A stretch of 64,000 nucleotides of DNA from the IMG/VR virus record IMGVR_UViG_3300046663_000412, positions 1 to 64,000 of that record; one strand, written 5' to 3'. The notes under the pieces are model-generated. The model saw nothing but the letters and a program-made list of their open reading frames with translations. It searched no databases and was not told where the DNA came from. The stretch comes from a virus (taxonomy: Duplodnaviria > Caudoviricetes). This document shows positions 36,207-46,873 of this stretch, piece by piece (the first letter of the stretch is position 1; every line of letters starts with the position of its first letter). A program made the translations under genes and the position numbers.

Positions 36207-37982
36207 TCAGTTGTCCGTTGGTTTGTCTTCGCTGACGAAAACCAGTTCTTGCTTTGCCCTGGTAACCGCAACGTAGTAAATATTGGCTTCTTCATCTTCG
36301 CCCTTCGTCACGCGAAAGGTTTTGCTAATCAGGAAAACCCGATTCCACTCCAGGCCCTTGGCTTTGTGGACTGAGCTAAGCACCACGGTGGGCTTGTTGA
36401 AACCCTTGTCGTCCACGAACAGCGACATCAACCGGGGTTCGATTTCCTTAACGCTCGTTAGCCCTTCAGCAATCGACTTCAGGCAGGCGGCTTGGTCGTT
36501 AATTAAATCACACTTGGCTTCGTAATTCTTATCCGCGCGGAAGCGGGACTTCTGCTTGTCGGCCCAGGATTCAACGCGCGCCAGGAAGTGCGGAATCGAT
36601 TTTGCATTCAGCTTGCGGGCGATACCGGCCAGAGTTTTGCCAATGTCGCGGCCACGAATCGCAGCCGGGATACCACGTCGAAGCAGCTTGAGGCAAATCG
36701 GCATCAGCGGCGCATTGGCGCGGCTGAGCACTGCGTCGCCAACCTGGAGCACGTCGAGCAGCATCCCGTCGCCCATGTTGCGCACGATGCCTTCAGGAGC
36801 GGAGTCAGCGGCCACGTAACCCGGGACAATTTCCTGGGCGATAGCAACCACGAGTTTCGGGCAGCGATACGTCACCGAGAGGGTAAGCGTTTTCGCGTTC
36901 AGCCGTTCCTTCATCATCGCCATGCCGTCCGAAGCCGCGCCACGGAAAGCATAGATTGCTTGGCGAGGGTCACCAACTACGAAAATTCTGCCACCAGGAC
37001 GGCAGAGCCCGATGCACATGAGCAACTGAGGCAGGCTCATGTCCTGGGCTTCGTCAACGCAAACCAAATCAAAAAGCGGGCGCACCCAACCAGCCGCGAC
37101 AGGCAGCCAAACCATGTCGTTGAATGAAATGCGACCTTCGGGGTCCCGCTGTAAAGAGAGAAGCAACACATCGAGCGCAGCCTGGGCGAGCCGGTTTTGA
37201 TTCCATCCGGGAATCTCGCGGGCGTCCACGTCGTAGTCCTCGGCAAGCTCTTCCAGTTCGCGCACGGACGGAATGCCAGCGAACATATTTTTTGCAAAGG
37301 CAACCAGCTTGTTCACGGCACCGTAAGCGTCGTCCGGCTGGTCCTTGCCAACCACGGTGAGAATGCGGGCGTCTTCAATCGCGTTGTCCGGCTTCACGTT
37401 GTGCCAGACCATGCGAATCAGCCGGAGTCCCATCGAGTGAAGTGTGGAAACGGTCACGCGCGGGTCAGTGATTGCGCGGGCGGCTTCTTCCTGATTGCGT
37501 TTGCCAAAGACCGCATAGAGTTGCTCTTCTTCCGGGGCCTGGGAAAACATGACCTTAATCGTGGTGGTTTTCCCAGTGCCCGCCTTCGCATCCACAATCA
37601 CGTTGCCCTTGCCGATGCGACCCTCTTCAAAAATGGCGAGTTGCTCCGGGCTCCAGGGGCGAGAGTCGTCCAGGGGCACCGCTTCAAAACCGGCCACGTA
37701 TCCAGCGATGCGGCGCGCACCGTCGAGCCCCAACACCACCGGCTGCGCGACTTCGCCGCCAACTACCGGCGCGATGTTGCGGTTCACGGGATTGCTGCCT
37801 TGGCTGCTCCACACGTTGCTCCGGCGAAAAACTTCCCAGCCATTGCTACCAGGGCGGCAGCCGAAACCAGCGGCGCGGACGGCTTCCTTGTTGGAGCGCC
37901 AGAGGCTCCAGAATTCGGGAGACGGGGTGGCAACTTCGTTGTGCCAGTCCAGGCTTTCAATCACGCTGTTGATATCATTCAT
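36207..37982 (-). CDS. UvrD/Rep-like SF1 helicase
   Basis: AKAGTGKTT, DEAQD, GDPRQAIYAFRGA, VHKAKGLEW, YVAVTRAK. Confidence 0.9.
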   Translation of the reverse strand: MNDINSVIESLDWHNEVATPSPEFWSLWRSNKEAVRAAGFGCRPGSNGWEVFRRSNVWSSQGSNPVNRNIAPVVGGEVAQPVVLGLDGARRIAGYVAGFEAVPLDDSRPWSPEQLAIFEEGRIGKGNVIVDAKAGTGKTTTIKVMFSQAPEEEQLYAVFGKRNQEEAARAITDPRVTVSTLHSMGLRLIRMVWHNVKPDNAIEDARILTVVGKDQPDDAYGAVNKLVAFAKNMFAGIPSVRELEELAEDYDVDAREIPGWNQNRLAQAALDVLLLSLQRDPEGRISFNDMVWLPVAAGWVRPLFDLVCVDEAQDMSLPQLLMCIGLCRPGGRIFVVGDPRQAIYAFRGAASDGMAMMKERLNAKTLTLSVTYRCPKLVVAIAQEIVPGYVAADSAPEGIVRNMGDGMLLDVLQVGDAVLSRANAPLMPICLKLLRRGIPAAIRGRDIGKTLAGIARKLNAKSIPHFLARVESWADKQKSRFRADKNYEAKCDLINDQAACLKSIAEGLTSVKEIEPRLMSLFVDDKGFNKPTVVLSSVHKAKGLEWNRVFLISKTFRVTKGEDEEANIYYVAVTRAKQELVFVSEDKPTDN

Positions 37983-38016
37983 GCCTACAAAATAGCACGT
38001 CGCGGGCGGGTGTCAA
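37983..38016 (-). promoter_or_regulatory. Class I promoter TTGACA-N16-TATTTT-N6-ATG
   Basis: Leaderless start of the helicase gene. Confidence 0.75.
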
Positions 38017-38029
38017 ATGATATGTCAAA

Positions 38030-38260
38030 TTAACTTTCGTAGCGCGGAGCAGGAAATCCCTGGAGCCGGAAAAACTCGTCCAGGGCAATCAAGAATTGCT
38101 CCCGGGCCTTTTCCCCGCCCTCCTTCGGGAAATCTACCCGAACCTGGACGGCAGGCCATTTGTCGTGCCCATATTTCGGGCCAGAACCGTTGATGTGTTC
38201 GCACACCCGCACGGAGCACGTGCGGGAATATCCCATGGTTTTGCTGTAGTCGATTGGCAT
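38030..38260 (-). CDS. Hypothetical early protein
   Basis: 76-aa ORF. Confidence 0.5.
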   Translation of the reverse strand: MPIDYSKTMGYSRTCSVRVCEHINGSGPKYGHDKWPAVQVRVDFPKEGGEKAREQFLIALDEFFRLQGFPAPRYES

Positions 38261-38263
38261 AGG

Positions 38264-38638
38264 TCAAAAGCTCCGGTCGTAGAACGCCTGGGCGTTTCCA
38301 ATGAATGCGTCGCGGACGGTGCCCTTGCGGTGACCGCGAGCAATCACCGGGTAAAGCGTAGGTGAGCCCTGCGGACGGTCCCAGTGGATTTCCTTGGCGT
38401 ATCCCTCCGTGTTGGAATCCAGGGTCCATTCGAACGCCTGGAGGATGTAGCCCGTGATTTTGCCGTTCTTGGCGCGCACGATGGATACGATTTTAGCGGG
38501 GTCCCGGTCGCGACCGCGCAAAATTGTGGCTTCGTCGCCTTCCTTGGCGTCGGGCTTGGGAAGGGTTTGGGCCATGATGCCGCTGTTGAGATTGCCGTAG
38601 TGGTTGACCAGTTTGGCTGATACAGTAATTACATTCAT
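38264..38638 (-). CDS. Hypothetical early protein (leaderless)
   Basis: 124 aa; ATG 5 nt after TATTGT. Confidence 0.6.
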   Translation of the reverse strand: MNVITVSAKLVNHYGNLNSGIMAQTLPKPDAKEGDEATILRGRDRDPAKIVSIVRAKNGKITGYILQAFEWTLDSNTEGYAKEIHWDRPQGSPTLYPVIARGHRKGTVRDAFIGNAQAFYDRSF

Positions 38639-38673
38639 ATCTTACAATAGCACAGGGGCGGGGCGGATGTCAA
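38639..38673 (-). promoter_or_regulatory. Class I promoter TTGACA-N18-TATTGT-N5-ATG
   Basis: Read directly from sequence. Confidence 0.65.
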
Positions 38674-38681
38674 GGGGTTAA

Positions 38682-38885
38682 TTAGAAAGCGCAGGCGGCT
38701 TCAAACCGGGCGCGTTCGAACCGAGGATTGGCGTCCATCGCAACGGCGATAAAAACCTCGGTGGCACCATAAGCCTGATGGTCCAGGCGCATGGCCAATT
38801 CCGGGTTTGACTGGCGCAGGTTGTGGGCCTGCTCGCGCAGGTTGCGGATTAGTTTTGCGGCTGCTTCGAAATGTTTTCTGCTCAT
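38682..38885 (-). CDS. Hypothetical early protein (leaderless)
   Basis: MSRKHFEAAAKLIR...NPRFERARFEAAC. Confidence 0.65.
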   Translation of the reverse strand: MSRKHFEAAAKLIRNLREQAHNLRQSNPELAMRLDHQAYGATEVFIAVAMDANPRFERARFEAACAF

Positions 38886-38919
38886 GCAACCAAGATACAC
38901 CCGCCCCGTTTAAACGCAA
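38886..38919 (-). promoter_or_regulatory. Class I promoter TTGCGT-N16-TATCTT-N6-ATG
   Basis: Near-copy of 24801-24834. Confidence 0.75.
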
Positions 38920-38945
38920 GGGGCAGAATGCAGATTTAAGCTGGA

Positions 38946-39167
38946 CTAATCCAGACCTAAAACTTTACTAATAGTGGGGTAAACCTCGGTGAACGTGTCC
39001 CGGTGCTGCTTAATCGCGCGGGCGGCATCATCACGAGCGATTCCGCCACCAAACTGGCTGGCCTGACTTGCGAGGCAGTGTGTGAAGTGAACAAACTTTC
39101 TGCCCTGGTGTTCTTTGACCGCGTTCTCGAACTTCTTCAGGTCTTCAGGCGTGAGGGTAATCGTCAT
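38946..39167 (-). CDS. Hypothetical protein
   Basis: ATGA coupling to gmd. Confidence 0.55.
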   Translation of the reverse strand: MTITLTPEDLKKFENAVKEHQGRKFVHFTHCLASQASQFGGGIARDDAARAIKQHRDTFTEVYPTISKVLGLD

Positions 39168-40120
39168 AGAGTTTTTTTGATTGCGTCGTAATCGTGTTTT
39201 ACCATTTCCTCTACCAATTCAGAAAGTTGAATCTCCGGTTCCCATCCAAGCTTGTCCATAGCCTTGGCCGGGTCCCCTAGTAAATGTTCAACTTCAGAAG
39301 GTCGAAAAAATTTAGGGTCCACGATAACATGGTCGCGCCAATTCAAACCCAGCGCATGGAATGCCAGTTCACAGAAGTCTCGCACGGACCACGACACCCC
39401 GGTAGCAATCACGTAATCATCTGGCTCCGCCTGCTGAAGCATTAGATACATCGCGTTGACGTAGTCTTTAGCGTGCCCCCAGTCTCTGCGCGCGTCCAGG
39501 TTGCCCAGCCGCACACTTTGTTGAAGCCCGAATTTAATCGCAGCAACCGCGCGAGTGATTTTGCGAGTGACAAAGTTTTCGCCACGGCGCGGAGACTCGT
39601 GATTGAAAAGAATTCCGTTGCTTGCGTGCAGCCCGTAAGCCTCGCGGTAGTTCACGGTCGCGTAATAACTGAAAACTTTCGAGCATCCGTAGGGTGAACG
39701 CGGATGAAACGGAGTTTTTTCATTCTGCGGCGGAGGACTGGACCCAAACATTTCGCTGGACGACGCCTGATAAAATCTGGCGTTCGAATTTCTCAACTCT
39801 TCCAGCAACCGAATCGTGCCGGTGCCGGTGATGTCGGCAGTGTATTCCGGCATATCAAAACTCACCTTGACGTGGGACTGCGCGGCCAGATTATAAACCT
39901 CGTGGGGCTGTGACAAATCGAGCACGCGTTGAATCGAGCCGGAGTCGCCCAGGTCGGCGTAGTGAAGGTGAAGCTGGTCTTTGATGTGGTTGATTCGGTC
40001 CCAGTGATAGGCGCTCGACCTGCGGACAGTGCCGTGGACTTCATAGCCCAGGGTCAGCAATTGCTCCGCTAGGTAACTTCCGTCCTGGCCAGTGATGCCG
40101 GTGATTAGTGCGTGTCTCAT
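39164..40120 (-). CDS. gmd: GDP-mannose 4,6-dehydratase
   Basis: [77 protein letters not shown]. Confidence 0.97.
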   Translation of the reverse strand: MRHALITGITGQDGSYLAEQLLTLGYEVHGTVRRSSAYHWDRINHIKDQLHLHYADLGDSGSIQRVLDLSQPHEVYNLAAQSHVKVSFDMPEYTADITGTGTIRLLEELRNSNARFYQASSSEMFGSSPPPQNEKTPFHPRSPYGCSKVFSYYATVNYREAYGLHASNGILFNHESPRRGENFVTRKITRAVAAIKFGLQQSVRLGNLDARRDWGHAKDYVNAMYLMLQQAEPDDYVIATGVSWSVRDFCELAFHALGLNWRDHVIVDPKFFRPSEVEHLLGDPAKAMDKLGWEPEIQLSELVEEMVKHDYDAIKKTL

Positions 40121-40689
40121 AATCCTGAAGCCCTGCGTGCGCGCTCTTCTGGCGAACCAGGGTCGATTAGTTTCGCCTTGCCGCTCAAATGAAGCTCTCC
40201 GTTCTCCCGCTCATACAAAACTTGCATCCACTTCGGAGCCCTGGGTGCTTCTCTGATGTCCAGCGGCTCGAACACCAATGCGTTGACCCTGCCCTGTTGC
40301 GCAACGTGGACAATGCCCCGGACTGCGAAATCCACTAGCCCGCTAGCGATTCGCGAAACAAAATATTCCCTCAGCCCACCCTCTGCCTTATCACGCTTGA
40401 GCTTGTCCACTACCTCATTGGGGATATAGGCCATGATTTCCCAGCCGGTGCGAGGGTGCGGTGCCTGGGCGACTCGAAGCTGCATGACCTGCGAGCGAAG
40501 CATTTTGTATTCCTCGGATAACAGCCGGATATGTGAGTCGGCAATCCGCAGCGCGGCGTCGGAATCTTCCAGCCGCTTGCGTTGCTCCTCAAAACCTCGC
40601 TGCCAATTTTTGATTGCGGCCCAGAGACACGGTGGCCAAAAATTAGCCAGCGCAACAAGAATCCTCTTTATCCAGTTCATAAGTTTCAC
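40117..40689 (-). CDS. Hypothetical protein
   Basis: Coiled-coil N-terminus; lies between the glycosyltransferase and gmd. Confidence 0.55.
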   Translation of the reverse strand: MKLMNWIKRILVALANFWPPCLWAAIKNWQRGFEEQRKRLEDSDAALRIADSHIRLLSEEYKMLRSQVMQLRVAQAPHPRTGWEIMAYIPNEVVDKLKRDKAEGGLREYFVSRIASGLVDFAVRGIVHVAQQGRVNALVFEPLDIREAPRAPKWMQVLYERENGELHLSGKAKLIDPGSPEERARRASGL

Positions 40690-42427
40690 ATCTCACTTTC
40701 AACAGTTCACGGTCTCGTGCAACCAGATTCGGCTGCCATCCTAGCCGGTGAACCTCGTCGTCCACCGGTGTATGTTTGATTTTCGAAAGCGGCGCGTAGT
40801 TGTAGCAGCACCACTTTTTTGCGAAACCGGTTAGCTCGTTGTCGCAGCCTACGTGATGGTAGCCCTCATGGAAAAATACCCCCGTAGGTAACGCGGATTT
40901 AAAGTCTCGGTCGGCCAGCCAATGCGTCGCTAGCTCTCCGTCCCACATCCCGTCGTTGAGCGCGGTGACAGCCCTATCTTTCCGGGATTTCCATTTAAAG
41001 TCCAGATGACTGAGAACTGCCTGGATTAAAAAATCCGGCTGCGGTTCGCAATCATCCCCAAGGAACATCACCAAGTCTCCATCCGTTTTGACCACTCCGT
41101 CGTTGAGTGTTACCGGGCACCCGCGCGCGCACCTATCATCCTCCACATGCACCTCGAAGTTTGGGTAGTTTGCGTTCTGCTGAATCGCTATCAACACTCC
41201 CTTGATGTCTCGGGTATCCGGAACATGCGGAATCACGATGCTCACTTTCGGCAGGTCCATAAAGAACCGCGCGTCGTGAAGATATTTCGAATTGGTTGGA
41301 GAATATCTACGCGCGATGTTCCAGCTAATGCGCGCCGCGTCTTTCTGTCCAAGCTGCCAAGACGACCAGTAAAGCATTTCGTGCGGATACCAAGTGTAAT
41401 CCGACTCGTGGTTCCCGTAGAATGAATCTTTTGGGACGGTGAGGGCGGCATGTGCGAACGTAGCGCAGCGTTGTGGGTCTTTTGTTTTGTAATAGTGGTC
41501 AGCGATTCGAACCAGGGCCAGCCTGCGATTTCCATCCAGCTTCCAGGCTTCAAAATACATTTCGAGCGCAATGTCGGGATACCCTTGCGCAGCGGCACAA
41601 TCGCCCTGGAAAATTTTCGACTGTGCCCGCTCCGCTAACCACCTGTTCATCTTGATGTGCCTCGCGAATTCGTCCCATGCCGAAGCATACCGGCCCGAAT
41701 ACATTAGCTCCCGCGCGAAGTAATGCGAATTGCGGTCGTTGTTCGGATTGCGATTGCAGTCGATTGCGAGCCCGGTCAGGTAGTTCCCGCGATTCGTGCC
41801 GGGATTTTGCCAATGCTCCAGGCGTATGAAATCAACGTAGTCTCTCTTAATGGCGTCCAGCTTAGGGAACAATGGAGACAAAATCTCGTGGATGATTCCG
41901 GTCCAGTATAGCACACCTTTGTTGTAGAATTTGCAGTGCCGGAATCGCACTGCTGGCTTGCCTTCGGAGTCGTGGGCGAAGACAAACTCGTATTCGAATT
42001 GATGCGTTCCACTCCGGATAGCCTCGTTGATTTTGTCGATGTCGAGCTTCGTGTAAACCTCGTCGCAATCCGGCATTGCAACCACGTTACATCGCGCAAA
42101 CTGCGCCGCGTTGTTGCGCGCCGCAGAGAAGTCGAAAAAAGTCTCGCCACCTTCCAGCAGTTCCGGGTCGGATTCCTTGACGAACTTCGCGTTGATTTCC
42201 TTTGCTTCAGCGGTGCCGATTCTCTGCGTGTATGTGGCTTCGTGAACCTCCCATCCCAGGTCGAGCGCGAGTCGCTGTGTCCCGTCGGTGCTCCCGGTGT
42301 CCATCAATACGAGTTGTCCACCCCTCGCCTTGAATTCCTTCAGCGACTCCGTGAGTCGAGGAAGTGTCTTGGATTCATTGCGTGCAATTACTACGACAGA
42401 AAATAATGGAGCGTCAGCGTCAGCCAT
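40643..42427 (-). CDS. Tandem GT2 - TPR - GT2 glycosyltransferase
   Basis: VIARNE, DTGSTDGT, FSAARN, DCDE, W.GIIHE, TPR-like helices, then a second GT-A domain (VSIVIPH, FLGDD). Confidence 0.9.
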   Translation of the reverse strand: MADADAPLFSVVVIARNESKTLPRLTESLKEFKARGGQLVLMDTGSTDGTQRLALDLGWEVHEATYTQRIGTAEAKEINAKFVKESDPELLEGGETFFDFSAARNNAAQFARCNVVAMPDCDEVYTKLDIDKINEAIRSGTHQFEYEFVFAHDSEGKPAVRFRHCKFYNKGVLYWTGIIHEILSPLFPKLDAIKRDYVDFIRLEHWQNPGTNRGNYLTGLAIDCNRNPNNDRNSHYFARELMYSGRYASAWDEFARHIKMNRWLAERAQSKIFQGDCAAAQGYPDIALEMYFEAWKLDGNRRLALVRIADHYYKTKDPQRCATFAHAALTVPKDSFYGNHESDYTWYPHEMLYWSSWQLGQKDAARISWNIARRYSPTNSKYLHDARFFMDLPKVSIVIPHVPDTRDIKGVLIAIQQNANYPNFEVHVEDDRCARGCPVTLNDGVVKTDGDLVMFLGDDCEPQPDFLIQAVLSHLDFKWKSRKDRAVTALNDGMWDGELATHWLADRDFKSALPTGVFFHEGYHHVGCDNELTGFAKKWCCYNYAPLSKIKHTPVDDEVHRLGWQPNLVARDRELLKVRCETYELDKEDSCCAG

Positions 42428-42487
42428 ATCTTCACTGAGACTAACCGATTTTACTGGTGAGTGAAACCACTTAATTTCAGTAAGAAA

Positions 42488-43270
42488 TCAGGTGGTAAAC
42501 GAACCGTAAGGAGTCCCGGCCCCGCTATTATAGAGCAGCGCAACGTCAGTGGAAGATAGAACGCGTCTCCACCAGCCGGTCTCGTCCATAATCATGTCAG
42601 GCGGACCCCCAGAGCTTGCGTAGTCCATCAACTCGAATGCCACGGTGCCGGTGGTGGCTTTGAAAATCCCGGTGATGCTTGCGTTTGTGCGCGCGCCGTT
42701 ATTCAGATAGTAAAACATCTGGTGGTTCGTGTCGTCGTATCCCATCACGATGTGATACCACGTCGCAGTCGAGGGCGGAGCGAGCACACTCAACGTAGGC
42801 TGCGCATTGTTCGCCGCGTTGTTGAACTGCATTATCAGCGAGTTGTTATTCGCAAACCACAAGAAGTAAGAAATCGTGGACTGATTCCAAAAGCTAAGCA
42901 CGCCGTGAAACCCAGTGGTAGGCACGACATTAAACTTGAACCAGCTTGACATCGAGAATGAATCGCCGGACTGGATGTTTGCCCAGAAAGTGCTCTGGCT
43001 CGATGATGCACTGTTGCGCAGCTTAGAGCCGCCACCATTTGTGTTTGCCGCGAAGCTGATGATGCCGGTGGACTGGCCGCAGGTTCCTACCGGCTGGGTT
43101 AGGTCGTGTGCGTTAGCGGTAGAGTCCAATCGCGTTGCGGCGGCTGCTTCATCCAACTTCCAATACCCAACCAGGGAATTCAACAAACCATTTTTCGAAT
43201 CGGCTGCGTAATCGCCCAGGTGATATCGGCGGTTGTTCCGGTGTAGGATATGAGTCTGAACAGTGGACAT
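42488..43270 (-). CDS. LamG / concanavalin A-like virion protein
   Basis: LVGYWKLDE, FSMSSWFK, TWYHIVMGYD, MDETGWWRRVLSSTDVALLYNSG. Confidence 0.8.
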   Translation of the reverse strand: MSTVQTHILHRNNRRYHLGDYAADSKNGLLNSLVGYWKLDEAAAATRLDSTANAHDLTQPVGTCGQSTGIISFAANTNGGGSKLRNSASSSQSTFWANIQSGDSFSMSSWFKFNVVPTTGFHGVLSFWNQSTISYFLWFANNNSLIMQFNNAANNAQPTLSVLAPPSTATWYHIVMGYDDTNHQMFYYLNNGARTNASITGIFKATTGTVAFELMDYASSGGPPDMIMDETGWWRRVLSSTDVALLYNSGAGTPYGSFTT

Positions 43271-43273
43271 TTT

Positions 43274-43630
43274 TTACACGATTTGATTTACGAATCCGTC
43301 CACTAACAAAACGTTGGTCAGTGACGCGTAAGCTTTCACTATCAGTGAATTTTGCAGCAGCATCCCGTCGCACACCAGCACCCGGCCAGCCAGCGGTGGA
43401 ATCGAGATAGTGATTTGGTTGTCCGGTTCCGTCGTGCCGCCCCACAAAAGTGTTAGGCTGCGCGCGGTGCTATCGCTGTTGTAACAGTAAATCCAGATTT
43501 CATCGAGAGACGAAGTGCCGGATACAGCAGTGTGAATCGTGTTCGCAGAGCCGGACGCTGTGCCGGAGATTTTGATTTGCTTGCCGTTCGTGCTGCCGTT
43601 CAGCAAAAATTTGGTGAATGTTTGTGACAT
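43274..43630 (-). CDS. Small fibre-associated protein
   Basis: LNGSTNGKQIKI...DEIWIY...LTLLWGG...GFVNQI pattern; follows the collagen gene. Confidence 0.6.
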   Translation of the reverse strand: MSQTFTKFLLNGSTNGKQIKISGTASGSANTIHTAVSGTSSLDEIWIYCYNSDSTARSLTLLWGGTTEPDNQITISIPPLAGRVLVCDGMLLQNSLIVKAYASLTNVLLVDGFVNQIV

Positions 43631-43634
43631 AGAA

Positions 43635-45065
43635 TCAACTCATTACCTGGATGTAGAGAACATCGGGACTCACTGGCCCCGTGTAACCTGTATACCCGGT
43701 GTAACCTGTGTATCCGGTGGGTCCCTGCGGCCCAGTGTAGCCGGTATACCCGGTTGGCCCGGTAGGTCCATTAGTCCCAGACCCACCGGCTGGACCAGTG
43801 TATCCGGTAGGGCCAGTAGGTCCAGTGTATCCTGTGAAATTCCCTGGTCCCGTGTAACCCGTGTAGCCAGTTGGTCCAGTGTCTCCGGTGGTTCCTGTGC
43901 CGCCCGGGCCAGTGTCCCCCGTGTAACCCGTCGGTCCCGTGTATCCAGTAGGACCAGTAAACCCAGTAGGCCCAGTAGCACCTGGAATCCCAGCAGGGCC
44001 AGTGTAACCAGTCGGGCCAGTGTCCCCAGTGGCACCAGCACCACCAGTATAACCGGTATAGCCTGTAGGGCCTGCTGGACCTGTATCGCCTCGGGCTCCA
44101 TTAACCAACGAGACCGCGAAAACCGCATCGTGAGTCGTGAGATTGAATGTGCCGCCTGCGTTATTGCCGACTTTAACGGAGAGAATATCATTGGCTAGGC
44201 ATGAAACGATTCCGTTGAGCGCGATGAGGACATTAGTGTAACCTCCATTCGCCGGAACAACCTTGAGCGTGAAGCCTGGGACAAGCACTCCATTCTTGAA
44301 GATACGATACTGGAGTTGGTTCGCCGTGATGCACTGAAAATCCAGCGACACAGAGACGCGATATTCTCCGTCAACCAGGACAGTGATTTCTCCCGTCGCC
44401 GTGTTGACCGTCGTGTTGAACGTGTCACCAGCAACCCAGGTGGTGCTGAAATTGTAATAAGTCCCGGGCACAGCGACCAGCACCGTCGAGTCTGAGAGCA
44501 AATGAATTTCGCCATACGCGGTGCTTGCTATCCCCGGCCCGGTCGGGCCAGTATAGCCAGTTGGTCCAGTGGGTCCAGTTGAGCCCGCGCCTGCGGGTCC
44601 CGTGTAACCTGTGTAACCAGTCGGACCGGTATCTCCGGTGAAGCCAGAATTTGGGCCGGTGTATCCGGTGTAGCCGGTCGGTCCAGTAGGTCCGCCTGCG
44701 GGTCCCCCAGGCCCGGTATCCCCAGTGTATCCAGTAGGGCCAGTGTTTCCAGTCGGCCCACTGTAGCCAGTTGGTCCCGTAGGTCCGGTCGTTCCAGTGT
44801 CACCCGTTGCACCTTGGCTGCCAGCAGCACCAGACGGTCCAGTAGAACCGCGCGGGCCGGTTGCTCCAGTCGGCCCAGTGCCACTTCCACCTCCGCCACC
44901 GTTTGCAATTGTCGCCCAGAAGAGTCCATTCCATACGAAACGGAAGCCCTGAGTAGTGTCGAAGTAGATGTCATTTATTTCCGGATTCGGAGGTGGGTCA
45001 GCGAGAGGGCCAAAATCTTTTGGCGCAGGCGGGCGGACTCCATAAGCGGTCGGTAACAGCGGCAC
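43635..45065 (-). CDS. Collagen-like fibre protein with central C1q/BclA-like domain
   Basis: Two G-X-T blocks (GPTGYTG) around a beta-rich domain. GTG start 7 nt after GCGACT (45073-45078). Confidence 0.9.
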   Translation of the reverse strand: MPLLPTAYGVRPPAPKDFGPLADPPPNPEINDIYFDTTQGFRFVWNGLFWATIANGGGGGSGTGPTGATGPRGSTGPSGAAGSQGATGDTGTTGPTGPTGYSGPTGNTGPTGYTGDTGPGGPAGGPTGPTGYTGYTGPNSGFTGDTGPTGYTGYTGPAGAGSTGPTGPTGYTGPTGPGIASTAYGEIHLLSDSTVLVAVPGTYYNFSTTWVAGDTFNTTVNTATGEITVLVDGEYRVSVSLDFQCITANQLQYRIFKNGVLVPGFTLKVVPANGGYTNVLIALNGIVSCLANDILSVKVGNNAGGTFNLTTHDAVFAVSLVNGARGDTGPAGPTGYTGYTGGAGATGDTGPTGYTGPAGIPGATGPTGFTGPTGYTGPTGYTGDTGPGGTGTTGDTGPTGYTGYTGPGNFTGYTGPTGPTGYTGPAGGSGTNGPTGPTGYTGYTGPQGPTGYTGYTGYTGYTGPVSPDVLYIQVMS

Positions 45066-45241
45066 ATATAATAGTCGCGTGATTAGGCCCAGGGCGCGAC
45101 GGTCCAGAACGCAACGCGAAGACCAAACAGCAACAGGTATCGCCGATAAATCATCGTGTGCTCAGTCTCGTGGCGGAGCACTGGTAGTGAAACTGGCACC
45201 AATGCATATTGAAGGAAAAATATTGTGTGCATAGTAGTCGT

Positions 45242-45475
45242 TTAAACAACCTCGGGCCATTGCTTGCGTGCTGCGGTCTTCGTGAGCGGCTCCAGGTTGT
45301 CGAGCAACCAGGGAAGGTCATTGTGAGATGGACACCATCCGCTGCGCGGAGCCCAGTATTCAAAAAAGAATTCGGCGGGCAGCCGTGTCGCCCTGTAGAA
45401 CCGAGGCGCGTAGTCCGAGTAGGTGAAGCCCCGGTAGACAAAATACTGAAGCTTCCCGAACCTGGGTGATTTCAT
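45242..45475 (-). CDS. Hypothetical protein
   Basis: ATGA coupling. Confidence 0.45.
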   Translation of the reverse strand: MKSPRFGKLQYFVYRGFTYSDYAPRFYRATRLPAEFFFEYWAPRSGWCPSHNDLPWLLDNLEPLTKTAARKQWPEVV

Positions 45476-45873
45476 CTTCGTGCTTTCTCGTCAATCGACT
45501 CCACGAAAACATACGGGTCGAATGAGCATCGATAGTGATACTCAGTCCGTCCGAGCACGCCGGGGATGACATCCACAAGCGTCACCGTTTTGGTCCTGCG
45601 GCACAGTGGGCATGCAACGATTGACTGTGGCTTCGTAGTGCGCGACGCTGCCAAGTAAGCTGCCGCGCCACTCGATGACTTTCCCGGTGTCGAAGTTTTC
45701 GAAGGAAACTCCTCCTCGCGTGTGCATCGGATTACCGTAGCTCTTGCGATATCTCCCGGGCGCGAGTTTGACAAGGCCGGGGATGCCGTCTTTTTGGAAG
45801 TTTTGGATTTCATTGTAATTGTTTCTCCAGCCGGGTGAGCGTTCTTTGTCGCCCTTGCCTGCGGCACCGTGAT

Positions 45874-46068
45874 TTAATTCGTGCATAGGGATTTGTTTGG
45901 TTCGAGCGGCTCCAAGATATGCGCCCAGGCATTGATTTGATTCAATCGTCCCAAATCATCTTTCACCAGCAGAACAAAATTGCTCGATTCCGAATCGTAG
46001 GCTACCGCAACAATTTCCTGTTGCTCTGCTTGGTAGAGAACGCGTCGGCCAATCAATGAAGTATTCAT
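45874..46068 (-). CDS. Hypothetical protein
   Basis: ATGA coupling. Confidence 0.5.
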   Translation of the reverse strand: MNTSLIGRRVLYQAEQQEIVAVAYDSESSNFVLLVKDDLGRLNQINAWAHILEPLEPNKSLCTN

Positions 46069-46430
46069 GGTTTGATTAACGGCACCACGTTGTCCGGCGT
46101 CGGCTGCTGCTGCTCTGCTGCTTCCGCTGCTTTCGCGGCTTCATGCTGCCGGATGAATTCCTCTTTGCGCTTGAGGATACCAGACGCACGGGCCATGAGG
46201 CCAGCAAAACCATTCACCAGCGGCTCGTATTCCATGCGCACGGCATACCAGGACGCAATTAATTCGTCGGCGTGCTCGACCACGACCCGCTGCAAAAAGT
46301 TAGTCAGCCCAGCTTTTTCAGCGTCGCTTTCCTGGGTGACGATTTTGGATTCAGACAACTGCGACAGCCGCTGGATTGCGCCACCGATTTGGTTGGCGAT
46401 TTCGGGTGATAACGGATTTTGTTTGCTCAT
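46065..46430 (-). CDS. Hypothetical protein
   Basis: Helical, ATGA coupling. Confidence 0.6.
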   Translation of the reverse strand: MSKQNPLSPEIANQIGGAIQRLSQLSESKIVTQESDAEKAGLTNFLQRVVVEHADELIASWYAVRMEYEPLVNGFAGLMARASGILKRKEEFIRQHEAAKAAEAAEQQQPTPDNVVPLIKP

Positions 46431-46873
46431 GGATTTGTGAACTGATTGCGTAGTTTGTTGTGGTCAGCACAGAACTTTTCGAAGTTCTCGCGCCGAATGA
46501 AAAGTGAAAAGTCATGCGGTGGCAGTTTAACCCGGAGCACCACGTTGCCGGTTGCGTGAATCTCGCCCCGGATTCCGTCTGCAAGTTGCTGCTCATGAAA
46601 ATTCCACGGAGGTGGGCTAGCGTGCGCGCGGTCGAGCATGTCTTCCAGGCCCACGGAATCGCCTTGCTCGTGGACGACAGAGCCGCCCATTGCAAAACCG
46701 TATTCACGATGCACGTAATCCAAAAAGAAAAACGGGTCACGGGCCGGATTGACTGCTGCGCCATTCATATTGAATTCGGATTGCTCAGCCCTCCAGCCAG
46801 CCGCAGCCGCATGCTTCACGAGTATCTTGCGGGCCACCGTGCTCTCAACGTGACAAATAATAAATCGATTCAT
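46427..46873 (-). CDS. Hypothetical protein
   Basis: ATGA coupling on both sides. Confidence 0.6.
   Translation of the reverse strand: MNRFIICHVESTVARKILVKHAAAAGWRAEQSEFNMNGAAVNPARDPFFFLDYVHREYGFAMGGSVVHEQGDSVGLEDMLDRAHASPPPWNFHEQQLADGIRGEIHATGNVVLRVKLPPHDFSLFIRRENFEKFCADHNKLRNQFTNP

Noticed and set aside
43635-45065. DNA satellite
   Set aside because: The periodicity is explained by G-X-T collagen codons.
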